A stretch of 64,000 bases of DNA from a bacterium (GTDB taxonomy: Bacteria > Hinthialibacterota > Hinthialibacteria > Hinthialibacterales > Hinthialibacteraceae): assembly GCA_963663405.2 (NCBI GenBank), contig CAXXSM010000021.1:64001-128000 (forward strand). The letters run 5' to 3'. The notes beneath the pieces were generated by a model. The model was given only the letters and a program-made list of their open reading frames with translations. It ran no database searches and was not told where the DNA came from. Below are positions 38,314-51,111 of this stretch, piece by piece. The first letter of the stretch is position 1. The number at the start of each line of letters is the position of its first letter. The position numbers were made by a program, and so were the translations under genes.

Positions 38314-40131
38314 TTATTCCTTTTCTAATGCAAAATCCAAATGTATGTTTTGTAATGCCATTTTGATCTTCTCATAATAAGCGGGATCGAGCATATCTTC
38401 TCGATTCAGGGGGAGTATCAGGTTTTTGTAGAGGGTTGGATCGTCGAAGAAGATGCTTTTGGTTTGGGATTTGCAGCCTTTTGCGCTTGCGCGGAGGCGG
38501 GCTGTGGCGGGGCATTGAATTATGTAAGCGCCGTCTTTGATGGATTTGGTTTGAATTGTTTTTGGATTGATTTTGCGGTAATCGATGATGTCAATAACCG
38601 CGTTGAGTTTCTTGCCAGTTTGAGCGTCTGTGATTGCGCCCTGCGCAGTGGCTTGGACCGGTTTGGGTGGGGTGAAATCCGGGGGGTGGAAATAGAATGG
38701 ACTTGATATGGCTGCTTGGCGGTCTCCCGATCCAAACGCTTTGACGATATACCACGCCTGTTCCGTTTCCCGGATGGGGAAACCGGTTTCGAATTCATAA
38801 CTTTCCTTATTGCTGAAATTATAGATATGGAATCGTTTGCCGTTCCGGATGATCTCGATCTGCTCCAAGCGGGGCCGTTCTCCGGCCCGGTTTGTGTAAT
38901 CCACTTCCTGCGAGAATGCGGTTAACTCCAACATGCGTTTCTGCTTCGAGCATGGAAAGACACTGCCCGGTGGGGCGCCATCAATTGTGGCCATTAGAAG
39001 CGGGCCGCTGGTTCCGATTGTATGTCCGTTTTGAATCGCGTGGATAATGTTTTCCGATGTAAGCCGTTTTTTGCCGAGATAGACGTAGGTGAGTTTATTC
39101 ATCGGCCGGGCGTCATGCCGGTCGTAGCAGGTGTCGGTAAACGCGCAGACGCCGATCTGGTATCCCCAGTTCAAGTACATCGACCAGACGTTCATAGCGT
39201 TTTTATCATTTGGATTGTCCGTCATCCAATCGATTGAAGAGATCAGATCCGGCGCGGTGAGGAGATCGAAAGGCAGTTCGCGCGCGATGTTGGCAGGGCT
39301 TTCTTTTGTACCGCCGTATTCCCGGACGGGATGTGTATAGATCGTGGTTCCACCTTGTTCAATTAAGGGGCGCAGAATTTCGAAATGCGCGAAGGCTTCA
39401 TGTTGACCGGATGGATAGGAATATTCGTTTCGTCCCAATTCTTGATTCCAATCGAGAACGGGGCCCGCGAGACACGCCATGTGTCCCAGGTGATCTTTTG
39501 GGTATTCTTCGCCAACGAAAGCAAGATACTGTTCGTCTGACACACATTCACAGACTTTCCGGACATCATCTATCGTTGGATATTCACCGGGAACGCTGGA
39601 GTAATACCCGTTGAAACTCGACCAATCAGCGCCTTCGGCGCGGGCGATCGCAGCGGCGGTTTCCGCGTTGACGGCGAACTCTTTTTCACCGTGGCAGATG
39701 TGTTGGTGGGCGTCGCCGCCATACCAGCCGTACTGGGGCATATCGACTTCGCAGCGCAGCTGAACTTGGAGAGATTGCGTTTGTCCAGGTTGGAGAGTGA
39801 GTTTGCCATGATGCGAGCGGTATCGATACGGCCTAGAGATCACAAAGCGATAGCTTCCAGCCGTTACATTAAGGATCGTGTCTCCGGAAATCCAGATCCG
39901 GGGTTCGTGGCGGTAAGTGAATGGTTTACCAACAGCGTCCAATCCCCAGATTCCTTCACCCAATTCGTTCGTTAATGATACGCAACAGGGAAGTATCCGG
40001 CCCTGACGATCGGAAACGTGAATCTCAATCCGCCCTGCGTTCGAAACGGCTGAATCGATGAATGAGATTTCCTCGGCGAATGTGAATACTGGGAAGATGG
40101 CGAATAAAAGTATGAGTGCGTTTTTTGACAT
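38314..40131 (-). CDS. Secreted CehA/McbA-family PHP-fold metallohydrolase
   Basis: WYGGDAHQH, GEEY...GH, YTHP, TSGPLL, AISSPFY. Confidence 0.78.
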   Translation of the reverse strand: MSKNALILLFAIFPVFTFAEEISFIDSAVSNAGRIEIHVSDRQGRILPCCVSLTNELGEGIWGLDAVGKPFTYRHEPRIWISGDTILNVTAGSYRFVISRPYRYRSHHGKLTLQPGQTQSLQVQLRCEVDMPQYGWYGGDAHQHICHGEKEFAVNAETAAAIARAEGADWSSFNGYYSSVPGEYPTIDDVRKVCECVSDEQYLAFVGEEYPKDHLGHMACLAGPVLDWNQELGRNEYSYPSGQHEAFAHFEILRPLIEQGGTTIYTHPVREYGGTKESPANIARELPFDLLTAPDLISSIDWMTDNPNDKNAMNVWSMYLNWGYQIGVCAFTDTCYDRHDARPMNKLTYVYLGKKRLTSENIIHAIQNGHTIGTSGPLLMATIDGAPPGSVFPCSKQKRMLELTAFSQEVDYTNRAGERPRLEQIEIIRNGKRFHIYNFSNKESYEFETGFPIRETEQAWYIVKAFGSGDRQAAISSPFYFHPPDFTPPKPVQATAQGAITDAQTGKKLNAVIDIIDYRKINPKTIQTKSIKDGAYIIQCPATARLRASAKGCKSQTKSIFFDDPTLYKNLILPLNREDMLDPAYYEKIKMALQNIHLDFALEKE

Positions 40132-40171
40132 TTAGTTTCACTTTGAAGGAGATGATTTATGTGTATTATTT

Positions 40172-40300
40172 TTGTCTGAATCAGGATAGACAAGATTCAC
40201 AGGATATTCAGGATAATTTTATCAAGCATCCGATAATGGACTCAATTGACATCATTAATATCCTGATCATCCTTCAATCCTGGCGATCCTGATTCAGACA
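40172..40300. repeat. TTGTCTGAATCAGGAT inverted-repeat element, copy B
   Basis: Left arm 40172-40214, right arm 40260-40300, GAT-ending modules every 8-9 nt. Confidence 0.78.
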
Positions 40301-40319
40301 GAAACTTATCCGCAACTAA

Positions 40320-40378
40320 GCCAGCGCAGAAAAAATAAACGCTCCGGCGCAAGCGCCGGTACTTGCCCTGGGTACCCA
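40320..40378 (-). repeat. REP-like palindrome with an inner hairpin insertion
   Basis: Minus strand: tgggtacccagggcaag-[taccggcgcttgcgccggagcgtttatt]-ttttctgcgctggc. Confidence 0.6.
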
Positions 40379-40421
40379 AACAGTAGAACAACTGTTCTTG
40401 TACTATGTTTCAACCACTCTT

Positions 40422-42536
<2,115 letters not shown>

Positions 42537-42907
42537 TTAACGGATGGCGCGCAGTTCAACAAAAGCGGCCCTTGCCACCATCACCGAAATGGCCGGCCGA
42601 ATCCAATACGACAATTGGGATGATAACTTGGGGGATGTGATTACGGCGTCTGCTATATTGATTATAAGAGTATTAGGAAGGCGTTGATTTAGAGCGCATG
42701 GCAGCCAGGTTTCCTGCGGCGAAAAAAAAAAAAGGAAAATCAGTTATAATTCATATGTAATTGAGTTCCATATCTGCCTTTAGGAATGAAAATTACGACG
42801 ATTTGTGGATAAATCGGGAAGAGTTGTTTTGAGTCATGGAGACAGATTGACAAGATGATCTCAATTTGCGATCATCAATGAATTCAAAATTTAAGCGATA
42901 AAAAGCC

Positions 42908-44125
42908 ATGCCTAAAGTTAATCCAAATATATTGCGATGGGCGCGTGAGACGGCTGGACTTACACATGAAGAAGCCGCAAAAAAACTCGCTATTAAAGAG
43001 GCTCGTGGAGTATCTCCATCCGATCGGCTTAAGGCTTTAGAAGATGGGAAAACAGTTCCTAATCGCTCCATGCTGGTAAAAATGGCTAAACAGTATCGGC
43101 GTCCCCTTCTGACCTTCTACCTCAGTGATCCACCACAAACAGGAGATAGAGGTGAGGATTACCGTATGTTGCCAGAAACCATCGATCAATTCGGCGCGGC
43201 TATTGCCGATGTAGTAATCCGCAGAATTCGCACGCGTCAATCTCTCGTTCGCAATGTGTTGATTGAAGAAGAAGAGGCTGAGCCTCTCCCTTATATTAAT
43301 TCCCTTACAATTAAAAACGGTGTCAAAACTGTTGTTCAGTCGATTCGTAAACATTTGCTTTTCGATCTGAATGAATACCGCAACCAAAAAGGGGCTGAAG
43401 CCGCTTTTTCTTACTTACGGGGACAAACGGAAGAAGCCGGAATTTTCGTATTATTAATTAATAATCTTGGCAGCCACCATACGACAATCAGTGTTGACGC
43501 ATTTCGTGGATTTGCTCTCGCTGACAATATCGCTCCTTTCATTGCTATTAATTCGAACGATTCTAAGGGCGCGTGGTGCTTTACTCTTGTCCATGAACTG
43601 GCTCATTTGTGGCTTGGCGCGACAGGTGTCAGCGGGGAAATGGCGGAAAAGAGCATTGAAAAATTTTGCAGTGATGTAGCAAGTGAGTTCCTGGTTCCAA
43701 AGGAAGAACTGAAAGAGCTTCAAGTCGATCAGAAAACGGATTTTGCAGAGGCTAAAGAAAGGATCAGTATTTTTGGGAGAAAACGTTACGTGAGCAGCAC
43801 AATGATTGCGTACAAACTCTATCGTTCAAACTATTTTGATTACGCATATTTTAAGGAACTACAAGACGCATATAGAAAAGACTTTCTTGCTAATAAAGAA
43901 CGAGAACGCGCCATGCGCCGTGACCAAGGACAAATAGGAGGGCCAAGTTCTTCTATTCTTCAACAATACAGAGCGGGTAAGGCGCTGGTTCGTCTCGTGG
44001 AACGGATGATGTATAGCGGCGCTTTGTGCACAACAAAGGCCGGATTGATTTTAGGAGTTAAAGCCAAAAGCGTTCAAGGAGTCATTGAAGCTGCCCGGCC
44101 CGGATATTTGGTTGTAAGGAGATAA
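42908..44125 (+). CDS. XRE-HTH + ImmA/IrrE metallopeptidase
   Basis: NPNILRWARE HTH; FRGFAL...FTLVHELAHLWLG (HExxH), EKFC. Confidence 0.9.
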   Translation: MPKVNPNILRWARETAGLTHEEAAKKLAIKEARGVSPSDRLKALEDGKTVPNRSMLVKMAKQYRRPLLTFYLSDPPQTGDRGEDYRMLPETIDQFGAAIADVVIRRIRTRQSLVRNVLIEEEEAEPLPYINSLTIKNGVKTVVQSIRKHLLFDLNEYRNQKGAEAAFSYLRGQTEEAGIFVLLINNLGSHHTTISVDAFRGFALADNIAPFIAINSNDSKGAWCFTLVHELAHLWLGATGVSGEMAEKSIEKFCSDVASEFLVPKEELKELQVDQKTDFAEAKERISIFGRKRYVSSTMIAYKLYRSNYFDYAYFKELQDAYRKDFLANKERERAMRRDQGQIGGPSSSILQQYRAGKALVRLVERMMYSGALCTTKAGLILGVKAKSVQGVIEAARPGYLVVRR

Positions 44126-44127
44126 AG

Positions 44128-44625
44128 TTGCTCTATCTCCTAGACGCCAATGTGCTAATCGACGCTAACCGGGACTATTATCCAATCGGCCGTGTTGACG
44201 AATATTGGGCTTGGCTCGTACATCAAGGGGAACAAGACAGGGTTAAAATCCCCATAGAGATTTATGAAGAGATCAATGTAGGAGACGACGCTCTTGCCGA
44301 ATGGGCAAAGCAGAGCACAACCGTTAGAGCATTGCGCCTTGATGAAGAGGTGGATATTGAACTCGTACAAAGGGTTACCTATGAAGGCTACGCCCCCAAC
44401 CTTACTGATATCGAGATAGAGGGAATTGGCCGCGATCCGTTTCTAATTGCTTATGCCTTGGTTGATCCGAATCATAGGTGTGTTGTCACAACCGAAGCCT
44501 CAAAACCAAAAGCAACACGCCAGAATCGTAGAATTCCAGATGTATGCGCTGATTTAAATGTACAATCGATTAATGCTTTTCAGTTCGTAAGGCAACTCGA
44601 TTTTCGCACGACTTGGGATAGGTGA
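44128..44625 (+). CDS. PIN-domain protein (DUF4411 family)
   Basis: YLLDANVLI, DPFLIAYA, VVTTE, IPDVC; starts 2 nt after the peptidase stop. Confidence 0.88.
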   Translation: MLYLLDANVLIDANRDYYPIGRVDEYWAWLVHQGEQDRVKIPIEIYEEINVGDDALAEWAKQSTTVRALRLDEEVDIELVQRVTYEGYAPNLTDIEIEGIGRDPFLIAYALVDPNHRCVVTTEASKPKATRQNRRIPDVCADLNVQSINAFQFVRQLDFRTTWDR

Positions 44626-44774
44626 AAACGAAAAAACGAATATGCAAAGTGAATTCTATAATTGCTTTGTAGCTGAATTGTCGACGGTTTAGGGATTTGC
44701 TAGAGCGGGATGGATTGAATGTGATTTCATTCATTATTTGAAGTCAAAAAGAATTTCATGTTATGTCCAGAACC

Positions 44775-46214
44775 TTAGAAATACTCGGGATCACCTTTGT
44801 ACTGGCGGTCTCTCCTTACATCATGAGATTCATATTGATAATGTACTCCTTTCACGATATGAACTTTGACCGATTCAAGATCGATACGCAGCGTCTCGTG
44901 TCGGAAATCATTGTCATGAGTATCATCCATGGCGTGAGCAAAATCAATAGCGGATGAAATGAAATTCTCCTGGTCTACTTCGTCTTTTTCATTGGCTGAT
45001 CTCTCATAAGGAACACTTTCGAACACGTCGTAATCGATTTCCCATCCATCTTCGTACATGTTGCCCGTGCTCGCCTCGATTTTAGTTCCCTTCGGGATAT
45101 CCATCTCTTTGACGCGCGCCGCCTTGTGAAAGAGCACGACATTTAGGACGTCTCCTTCAATTTGGACTGATGGATACAATATACCATCGAGAACAGGTTC
45201 GTTCTCAGTTGCCAAGAAATCAGCAATCGCTTGTGTCGGAAGGTATTCGAAATCTTGGTCGTCCGGCATGATCGGTCTGATCATACGCTGGTAAAGGGAA
45301 AGCAGGAACGTTGCGTATTCTAACCGAGTGGCTAATCCGGGATCAAATACACTTCCACCCTCAACCACTTTTCCCAGGGCTGTGAGATCAAGCAATCGAA
45401 GGGGACGGATGATATCGAAGCGAGCGACTGCGACATGGCTACCCACTGGCGGTCGAACTTCAGCAATCGCAACATCTGGATTGTTTGCTCCATAGAAAAC
45501 TGATATGCCATGAGCATTCATTCTTCCAGCGCTCGCTAGGGGAGCTGGAGGGGGACCAATATGAAGGTCTGGACGGCAAAGCGCTTCCTTAAGCCTTTCT
45601 TCTGACTGGAAGATACGCGCCCGATAGATTGCGGTAATATTGGTCTCCGGTCCAGCATCAATAACCAGCGGCTTGCCATCGGTTGAAGACATTTTTTCAA
45701 TTCCGCTGAAAATCGACAATAGACATTCTTTCCGGATAAAGAAGCGTGATTCAGTCTTCAATGAACGTTCGAAGGAGCGCCACTGCTCTTGCCACGTGTA
45801 ATCATCGGTCCTAATTTCCTCATAGTAGGATTCTGAATTGAATTCGGACTCATAACCATCTTTACGGGCACTATAATCGAAGTGCTCATCTTCCAGGATG
45901 GCTTGGATGTCTTGTGCTGCAGACTCCGGGATGTCTGCAGCATTCATGATTGCATACACTACCTGCTCGCCGTCACGTTCCCATCCGCCAAAGGGACTGG
46001 GTTCTTCTGGAGTCCTTCTGTAGTGTTGTTTGAAGGCTTTCTCCATAAGCTCAGCCATATACTTAATCGTGTACGACTTGGCTATACTTTCGCAGTAGGA
46101 GCATTGTTTACGTTGACCATTCCTACGCACTTTGCCACTTAAGTATTTATCATTGATGCACTTATAGCAGATCCATTTCGCCTTCAATTCATCAATGCTG
46201 TCATTCTCATCCAT
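44775..46214 (-). CDS. RES-domain protein with Zn-ribbon/HEPN-associated N-terminal domain
   Basis: ICYKC...CSYC; YRAR, GRMNAHGISVFYGA, AIAEVRP, YLPTQAIADF, DGILYPS. Confidence 0.88.
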   Translation of the reverse strand: MDENDSIDELKAKWICYKCINDKYLSGKVRRNGQRKQCSYCESIAKSYTIKYMAELMEKAFKQHYRRTPEEPSPFGGWERDGEQVVYAIMNAADIPESAAQDIQAILEDEHFDYSARKDGYESEFNSESYYEEIRTDDYTWQEQWRSFERSLKTESRFFIRKECLLSIFSGIEKMSSTDGKPLVIDAGPETNITAIYRARIFQSEERLKEALCRPDLHIGPPPAPLASAGRMNAHGISVFYGANNPDVAIAEVRPPVGSHVAVARFDIIRPLRLLDLTALGKVVEGGSVFDPGLATRLEYATFLLSLYQRMIRPIMPDDQDFEYLPTQAIADFLATENEPVLDGILYPSVQIEGDVLNVVLFHKAARVKEMDIPKGTKIEASTGNMYEDGWEIDYDVFESVPYERSANEKDEVDQENFISSAIDFAHAMDDTHDNDFRHETLRIDLESVKVHIVKGVHYQYESHDVRRDRQYKGDPEYF

Positions 46215-46386
46215 TTATCCATCTGCCCTATATCAATCAGAGAAGGTTATCAGCGAATATCTTACATTATTTTATAGCCGATTCTAAAAGTTAAAGCTAA
46301 ATTTAAATATATAAACTTTTTCTCCTATTTGTTTTTCTTATAAATATGTTATGAGATAGTTGACTTTTGTTGATTGAGAAATTGCA

Positions 46387-46611
46387 TTAGATATTGAATA
46401 ATTTGTTATAATGCGCCATACACTTGATCCAAAAGATGCAATGAGGGTTCATATCCAACCACCCGCCTGTAAAACAGCCGAGAATTCCACACATCGCACA
46501 TCTAAATCCTATATAGAACCATCGAACAGCGCCTATATCTTCGTTGAGAGAACATCCAACACCAACATTTGCCAATATAGAAGCGGGCATTATACACTGC
46601 CTATATTCCAT
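46387..46611 (-). pseudogene. Truncated, frameshifted fragment of a small CxxC protein
   Basis: ANVGVG...WFYIGFRCAMCGILGCF; an alternative frame continues VGYEPSLHLLDQVYGAL. Confidence 0.4.
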
Positions 46612-46626
46612 TAAGGTTTTCTGTGA

Positions 46627-47559
46627 TCACTTTGTCCAGTCTGGATCGTAGATATCTCCTGCTGGTGAAGCTAACCAGATAGCCTTACCGCCGTCTTTGT
46701 TGATTTGGAAGATCTCTAGATTGGCTGGTTTCGCTTGTGTGGCGATCGCGAGCGATTTGGAATCAGGTGACCAAGCGGGTCTGCTGATCTCATAATCAAC
46801 TCGTCCATTTTCATTGCTGATTTGTCGTTGGTCAGAACCATCGGGATTCATCAAGAACACTTCCCAATATCCCGTCCGTGTAGACCAAAACGCTATCGCT
46901 TTGCCATCCGGTGACCAGGTTGGAAGCCAATCGTCTGCACGATCGTATGTCAGGCGCCGGCAGTGGGAACCATCTCTATTCATGACATGGATATTCCAAT
47001 CCTCATCCTTCTGGCAATGAAATACGATCTGTTCCCCGTCCGGAGACCAATGCGGATAGGTTTCTGTATAGGGGCTGTTAGTCACATTCTGAGGGGAACC
47101 CCCATCAATGGGAACAACAAAAATCTCAAAATTAATAAGATCCCATTCATGATACGCGATAAACTTGCCGTCCGGCGACCATGCGGGCCCACCGGTATAA
47201 GAACGATGATTTGATAGTTGTTGGAGATTGGAACCATCGGCGTTCACAATGTAGATTTCAGAGATTTCTTTGATCTCTCTCGAAAAGGCGATATGCCGAC
47301 CGTCCGGTGACCAACACGGCTCATAGTCATTTCCCCGATGATCCGTAAGCCGGCGAATATCGGTCCCATCGGCTTTCATCGAGTAGATGTTCTTTATCCC
47401 GTGACTGCTCGAATTGAAAACAATTCTATTTCGCGCTGACAAAATTCTTTTTTCGAGAGTTACACTTTTAATGGGTGGATACTGATAACTGCATCCAGTA
47501 ACGAACATGAATAGACTTAGCAGTATGATGGCGGAGACAGGAATAATTTTCTGAAACAT
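46627..47559 (-). CDS. TolB-like PD40-repeat lipoprotein
   Basis: Lipobox VTGC; repeated P.WSPDG..IAF motifs. Confidence 0.88.
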   Translation of the reverse strand: MFQKIIPVSAIILLSLFMFVTGCSYQYPPIKSVTLEKRILSARNRIVFNSSSHGIKNIYSMKADGTDIRRLTDHRGNDYEPCWSPDGRHIAFSREIKEISEIYIVNADGSNLQQLSNHRSYTGGPAWSPDGKFIAYHEWDLINFEIFVVPIDGGSPQNVTNSPYTETYPHWSPDGEQIVFHCQKDEDWNIHVMNRDGSHCRRLTYDRADDWLPTWSPDGKAIAFWSTRTGYWEVFLMNPDGSDQRQISNENGRVDYEISRPAWSPDSKSLAIATQAKPANLEIFQINKDGGKAIWLASPAGDIYDPDWTK

Positions 47560-48014
47560 TGAACGTGTCCTCCTCGATGCGCTTAAATTGTGGATGAATC
47601 ATCATTCAAAAAAAGACTTGCTGGACTATTATTCACGGAACATAAGTTCACCGATCAAATTTCCTTTTGAGTGATGTATACGTACTATTCCATATCTATG
47701 TTATTAAATGGTTTTTTAATTTATGATAAATTTTCTTGAAAATCAAGTAAAATCTGAAAGATATTCACGAAACAACAATAATTGTTCGAAATACTTTTTG
47801 GTGTTTAATCATTGAATTCAAGGAAAATGATAACGGTTAGTGAATGAATTACAAATTTTCTTTTGGGATGGATTGAACGGGATCTCTTAACAATTTTAGA
47901 GCAAACAGCAAGGTGGTCTCAATTTGCGACCACCTTGAAAAACGCAAGTTCTCCAAGGCTCTCCCTCTCGTTTTAGAGGACTATGCGTCCGAGTTCATGG
48001 GCTTATTGAAAATC

Positions 48015-48643
48015 CTACATGTCCCATTGGTTCAGGTCGACGACCATAGAGTATCGTTCGTTCACTCCGTATATTTCCTTAGTCGCCGAACAGGCTTCTT
48101 CTGATCTGAACACGGTGAATCCGAGTTTCTCCCAGAAGGCTTGGCCGGACTTCTGCTCGTTGAGGAAGCCATTGGCGATACTGGGCAAGACAAGGTGTAC
48201 TTCCATTCGGCTCCAGCCGTGAGTCTTCCCCCAGCGCAGCGAATGCAGCATGAGATTTGTGCCGATACCTTTTCTCCTAAATCTGTCGTTTCGGACAATC
48301 GAGATGCAATTGTGGATAAGTGTCTTGGGCGCGGCGTCTTCGTCTGTGCCCCACCCATAGAACGGATATCTCGGGCGATCTCGCGAGGGAAGAAGTTGTT
48401 GTATCCAAGAATCCTGCCTTTGCGCCAAGCCACAAAACCGCAGCAACCGAAGCGCTTGATCGTGTCACGATACAGCCCCTCGAGCAGATCCCGGTTACCA
48501 GGCGCGAACTTCCCGCAGCACTCGGCGAGACTGCCACAGCCGTGTTCCGGCTCAAGCGCAGCGGGATCGAGAGGATTACTTGCGGACATACATCGGTCCG
48601 GCAGCCATTCAGCGGGTGAGATTGCCCGGATTTCGTAGTCCAT
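48015..48643 (-). CDS. Cys-rich GNAT acetyltransferase, frameshifted near 48362
   Basis: MDYEIRA...FFPREIARDIR joins FYGWG...FRRKGIGTNL...FWEKLGF (acetyl-CoA motifs). Confidence 0.75.
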
Positions 48644-48814
48644 TCCGCCGCTCCCAATATTAGAATTACACATACTCACCTTACACCCACATCCGCTCCA
48701 ACCCGGCGGCGCGGCGGGCGTTGGCCAATTGACCGCGGCGCCTATACCAATGGCTGGAGGCGAATTGCAGACAGAGGCGGTGTTCACGCCGTCCCTTGCG
48801 CTAGCTTGTTATCC

Positions 48815-49210
48815 TTATTTCTTATTGAACTCAATGAGTTCCACTGGGGCTCCGTTGTCGATGAACATTGCCACTCTTACGCCTTCAGAGGGGCTGCTAA
48901 TGTCTCCAAGTAGTTCTTTGCCCTCTATCTCTTTATCAAGATCATCCACTTCAAATGCAATGTGGGGGATCGTTTTGATGAGCTCAGAAATTGGGCTGTC
49001 TTTTTCGAAACGCATCCATTCGATTCCATATGGACTTGTTTCAAAGCCGGAAACATACATCCCGTAGTCTGCAATGTACTTTTCTCCGGGGCGAGGCGCA
49101 TCGATAGGAATCCCCATATGATGGTAACGCCAACCTTGTTTAGTGACAGCAGGCGCCTCATAGTCTAATCTTTTATTTGGATTGTCATAAGAATTTTGGT
49201 TTTCTAACAT
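48815..49210 (-). CDS. VOC/glyoxalase family protein
   Basis: YHHMGIP, PHIAFEVDDL, GAPVELIE. Confidence 0.85.
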   Translation of the reverse strand: MLENQNSYDNPNKRLDYEAPAVTKQGWRYHHMGIPIDAPRPGEKYIADYGMYVSGFETSPYGIEWMRFEKDSPISELIKTIPHIAFEVDDLDKEIEGKELLGDISSPSEGVRVAMFIDNGAPVELIEFNKK

Positions 49211-49260
49211 GATTGTGATTCCATAGGATGAGCAGTATATTTAATGTTTTCCAGTGTTCA

Positions 49261-49722
49261 TCAGGGCGTCTGGTTTTTCGCCATGTTGGCTGGCCTATGG
49301 TGTATGGCGATATATGATTCGGCAATACATTCAAAGGTAGTATCGTGGAATGAAAGAATGAAATGCCGTTTCCCGGACATGAATCGCTCTTTGTTATGAA
49401 ACGGGTGAACTGCATTGATCTTTTCAAGCGATCTGATCCAAGAAGATCCAATTATTTCAAATGCGCCGTAAGGATGCAGACCTTTAGGATAAAGCGGATG
49501 CCCATGAAAAGCCTCATCATTGGGTGGTCCAAAAAGATGCGCATAGGGTCGATTGAATCGAACTGTAGCCGTCTCATCTAGTTCTGAATGATCATCTTGA
49601 ATATAATATTTCACGACTAGCGTCTGTTCGTCTGCCATTATCTCTGGGCACGGCGCGCCGGTACAGGATTGAGGAATGTCGTTCAATTCCTTAATTTCAT
49701 CATTCTGATCAACTTGATACAT
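49261..49722 (-). CDS. Conserved-looking hypothetical protein
   Basis: GAGG RBS; GAPCP, FGPPNDEAFHGHPLY, SSWI, HFILSFHDTTFEC. Confidence 0.75.
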   Translation of the reverse strand: MYQVDQNDEIKELNDIPQSCTGAPCPEIMADEQTLVVKYYIQDDHSELDETATVRFNRPYAHLFGPPNDEAFHGHPLYPKGLHPYGAFEIIGSSWIRSLEKINAVHPFHNKERFMSGKRHFILSFHDTTFECIAESYIAIHHRPANMAKNQTP

Positions 49723-49914
49723 CTCGCGCCTCTTTACTAGCGGATAAATTTTCCAACAGATTTCTGAAATTTATGCTACATTCCTTTATTGGTCAAGTCA
49801 AATGTAAACTTATAACGATAAAAGGCAATTCCGCGTTATCCTCACAAACCAATCTACCTTCGTCTTCTCTGATAGGATTCTTGTTTGGATTAACAAGAAA
49901 ACGTTGTGTATATA

Positions 49915-49957
49915 ATCCTGCATATCCTGTTAATCCTGTATATCCAGATTCAGACAA
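49915..49957. repeat. TTGTCTGAATC element, copy C (right arm intact, left arm decayed)
   Basis: atcctgcat-atcctgtta-atcctgtat-atccagattcagacaa. Confidence 0.72.
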
Positions 49958-49976
49958 TGAATATTCAGAAACCCTA

Positions 49977-50012
49977 AAAAAGGAAAGCCGGAGGTAAACA
50001 AAGCCTCCGGCT
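49977..50012 (-). terminator. Intrinsic terminator
   Basis: agccggagg/cctccggct stem (49986-50012) followed by ttccttttt on the minus strand. Confidence 0.7.
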
Positions 50013-50046
50013 GGAAGGGGAATTATTGCATTGATGTTGGATTAAT

Positions 50047-50837
50047 TTACTGTCGCTGTCCTCTTTGGCCTTGCCCTTGCCCGCCTTGACCGCCACGGCC
50101 TTGGAAGCGCTGCCGCATTTGTTCGCGCTCTTCATCCATTTTCGCTTGTTCTTCTTCGGCTTTGGCTTTCCAGGCTTCCTGCTGTTCGCTCGTTAGGACT
50201 TCGTTAGACTGCTCTTGGAATTTGGCTCCGAGCGTTTCCATTTTCTTTTGCATTTCTTCGAAGCCTTCCGGTGGTCCACCGGGGCCGCCTTGGCCACGGC
50301 CGGCTCCACGCGCGGGTTGAATTTCCTGCATGCCTGTTCCATACGCGAGAGCGATTTCCTGCAGTTTGGCGTGTGTTGTTCGTCTTTAAGATCAAGAAGC
50401 CGGAGCGTTCGGAGTTCGGCGGTGGAGCGAATGCCGAATGCGGAAAGGAACGGTTTAATCGCTTTGAGTTCTTTTTCACTCAGAATCTCTTTCAGCGCTT
50501 TGGCCTGTTCCTCGCTCTGTTCTTCGCGGACTTTCTGCATGGCTTCCCGGCGTTCTTCGCGGGACATATCCCGCATGCTTTCAAAACTTTCCCGCATGCT
50601 TTCGGCGAATTTTTCCTGCAGAGCCGATAGAGCCTTTTCGACTTTTTCCCCGCGTTCAGCGTTCAATACGAGAAGGTTACAGACTGTATCCGCCGCTGAC
50701 TGCCGGCCGAACATACCGCCTGGACCTCCACCCGGTCCACCCCGCATGCCGCCCTGACGTCCCTGGGCGAACGAGGTAGTAATGCCGATCCCAAAAACAA
50801 GCGCTGTCACTGCCATAATGGAAACTGCTTTTTTCAT
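50047..50837 (-). CDS. Periplasmic Spy/CpxP-like (LTxxQ) helical protein, frameshifted near 50373
   Basis: Signal peptide, Gly/Met-rich N-terminus, ILSEKE and VLTSEQQ motifs; frames join as DEQH/AKLQEIALAYGTGMQEIQ. Confidence 0.7.
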
Positions 50838-51111
50838 GTTACATACTCCTTTTCTGTAAAAACAGATGGGATTCACTACGCGATCTAATCACTTATACGT
50901 TATTGTCGAGTACTTATTGAAAGGAGTTCCTTTTTTTTATCGCGACTCATGTTAAATGGGTAAAAAAGGGATTTTTTTACATAATATCTGCCATTTTCTC
51001 TGAAAAAGTCTACTTTTAGTCTATATAGAAGAAGAAAACCGATGGTGGGATGGTTGTAAGGGCTTGATAAAGTAAAACTTTCCTTTAATAGTAGTGATTA
51101 TCACGCTGCGT

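Noticed and set aside
46627-47559. Calling the PD40 lipoprotein tolB of a Tol-Pal system together with exbBD at 4980-6241
   Set aside because: It lacks the TolB N-terminal domain, has no pal neighbour and lies in an accessory island 40 kb away.
49960-50020. c-di-GMP-I riboswitch-like string CAAAGCCTCCGG
   Set aside because: The rest of the aptamer is missing and the string is the arm of a terminator after a convergent minus-strand gene.
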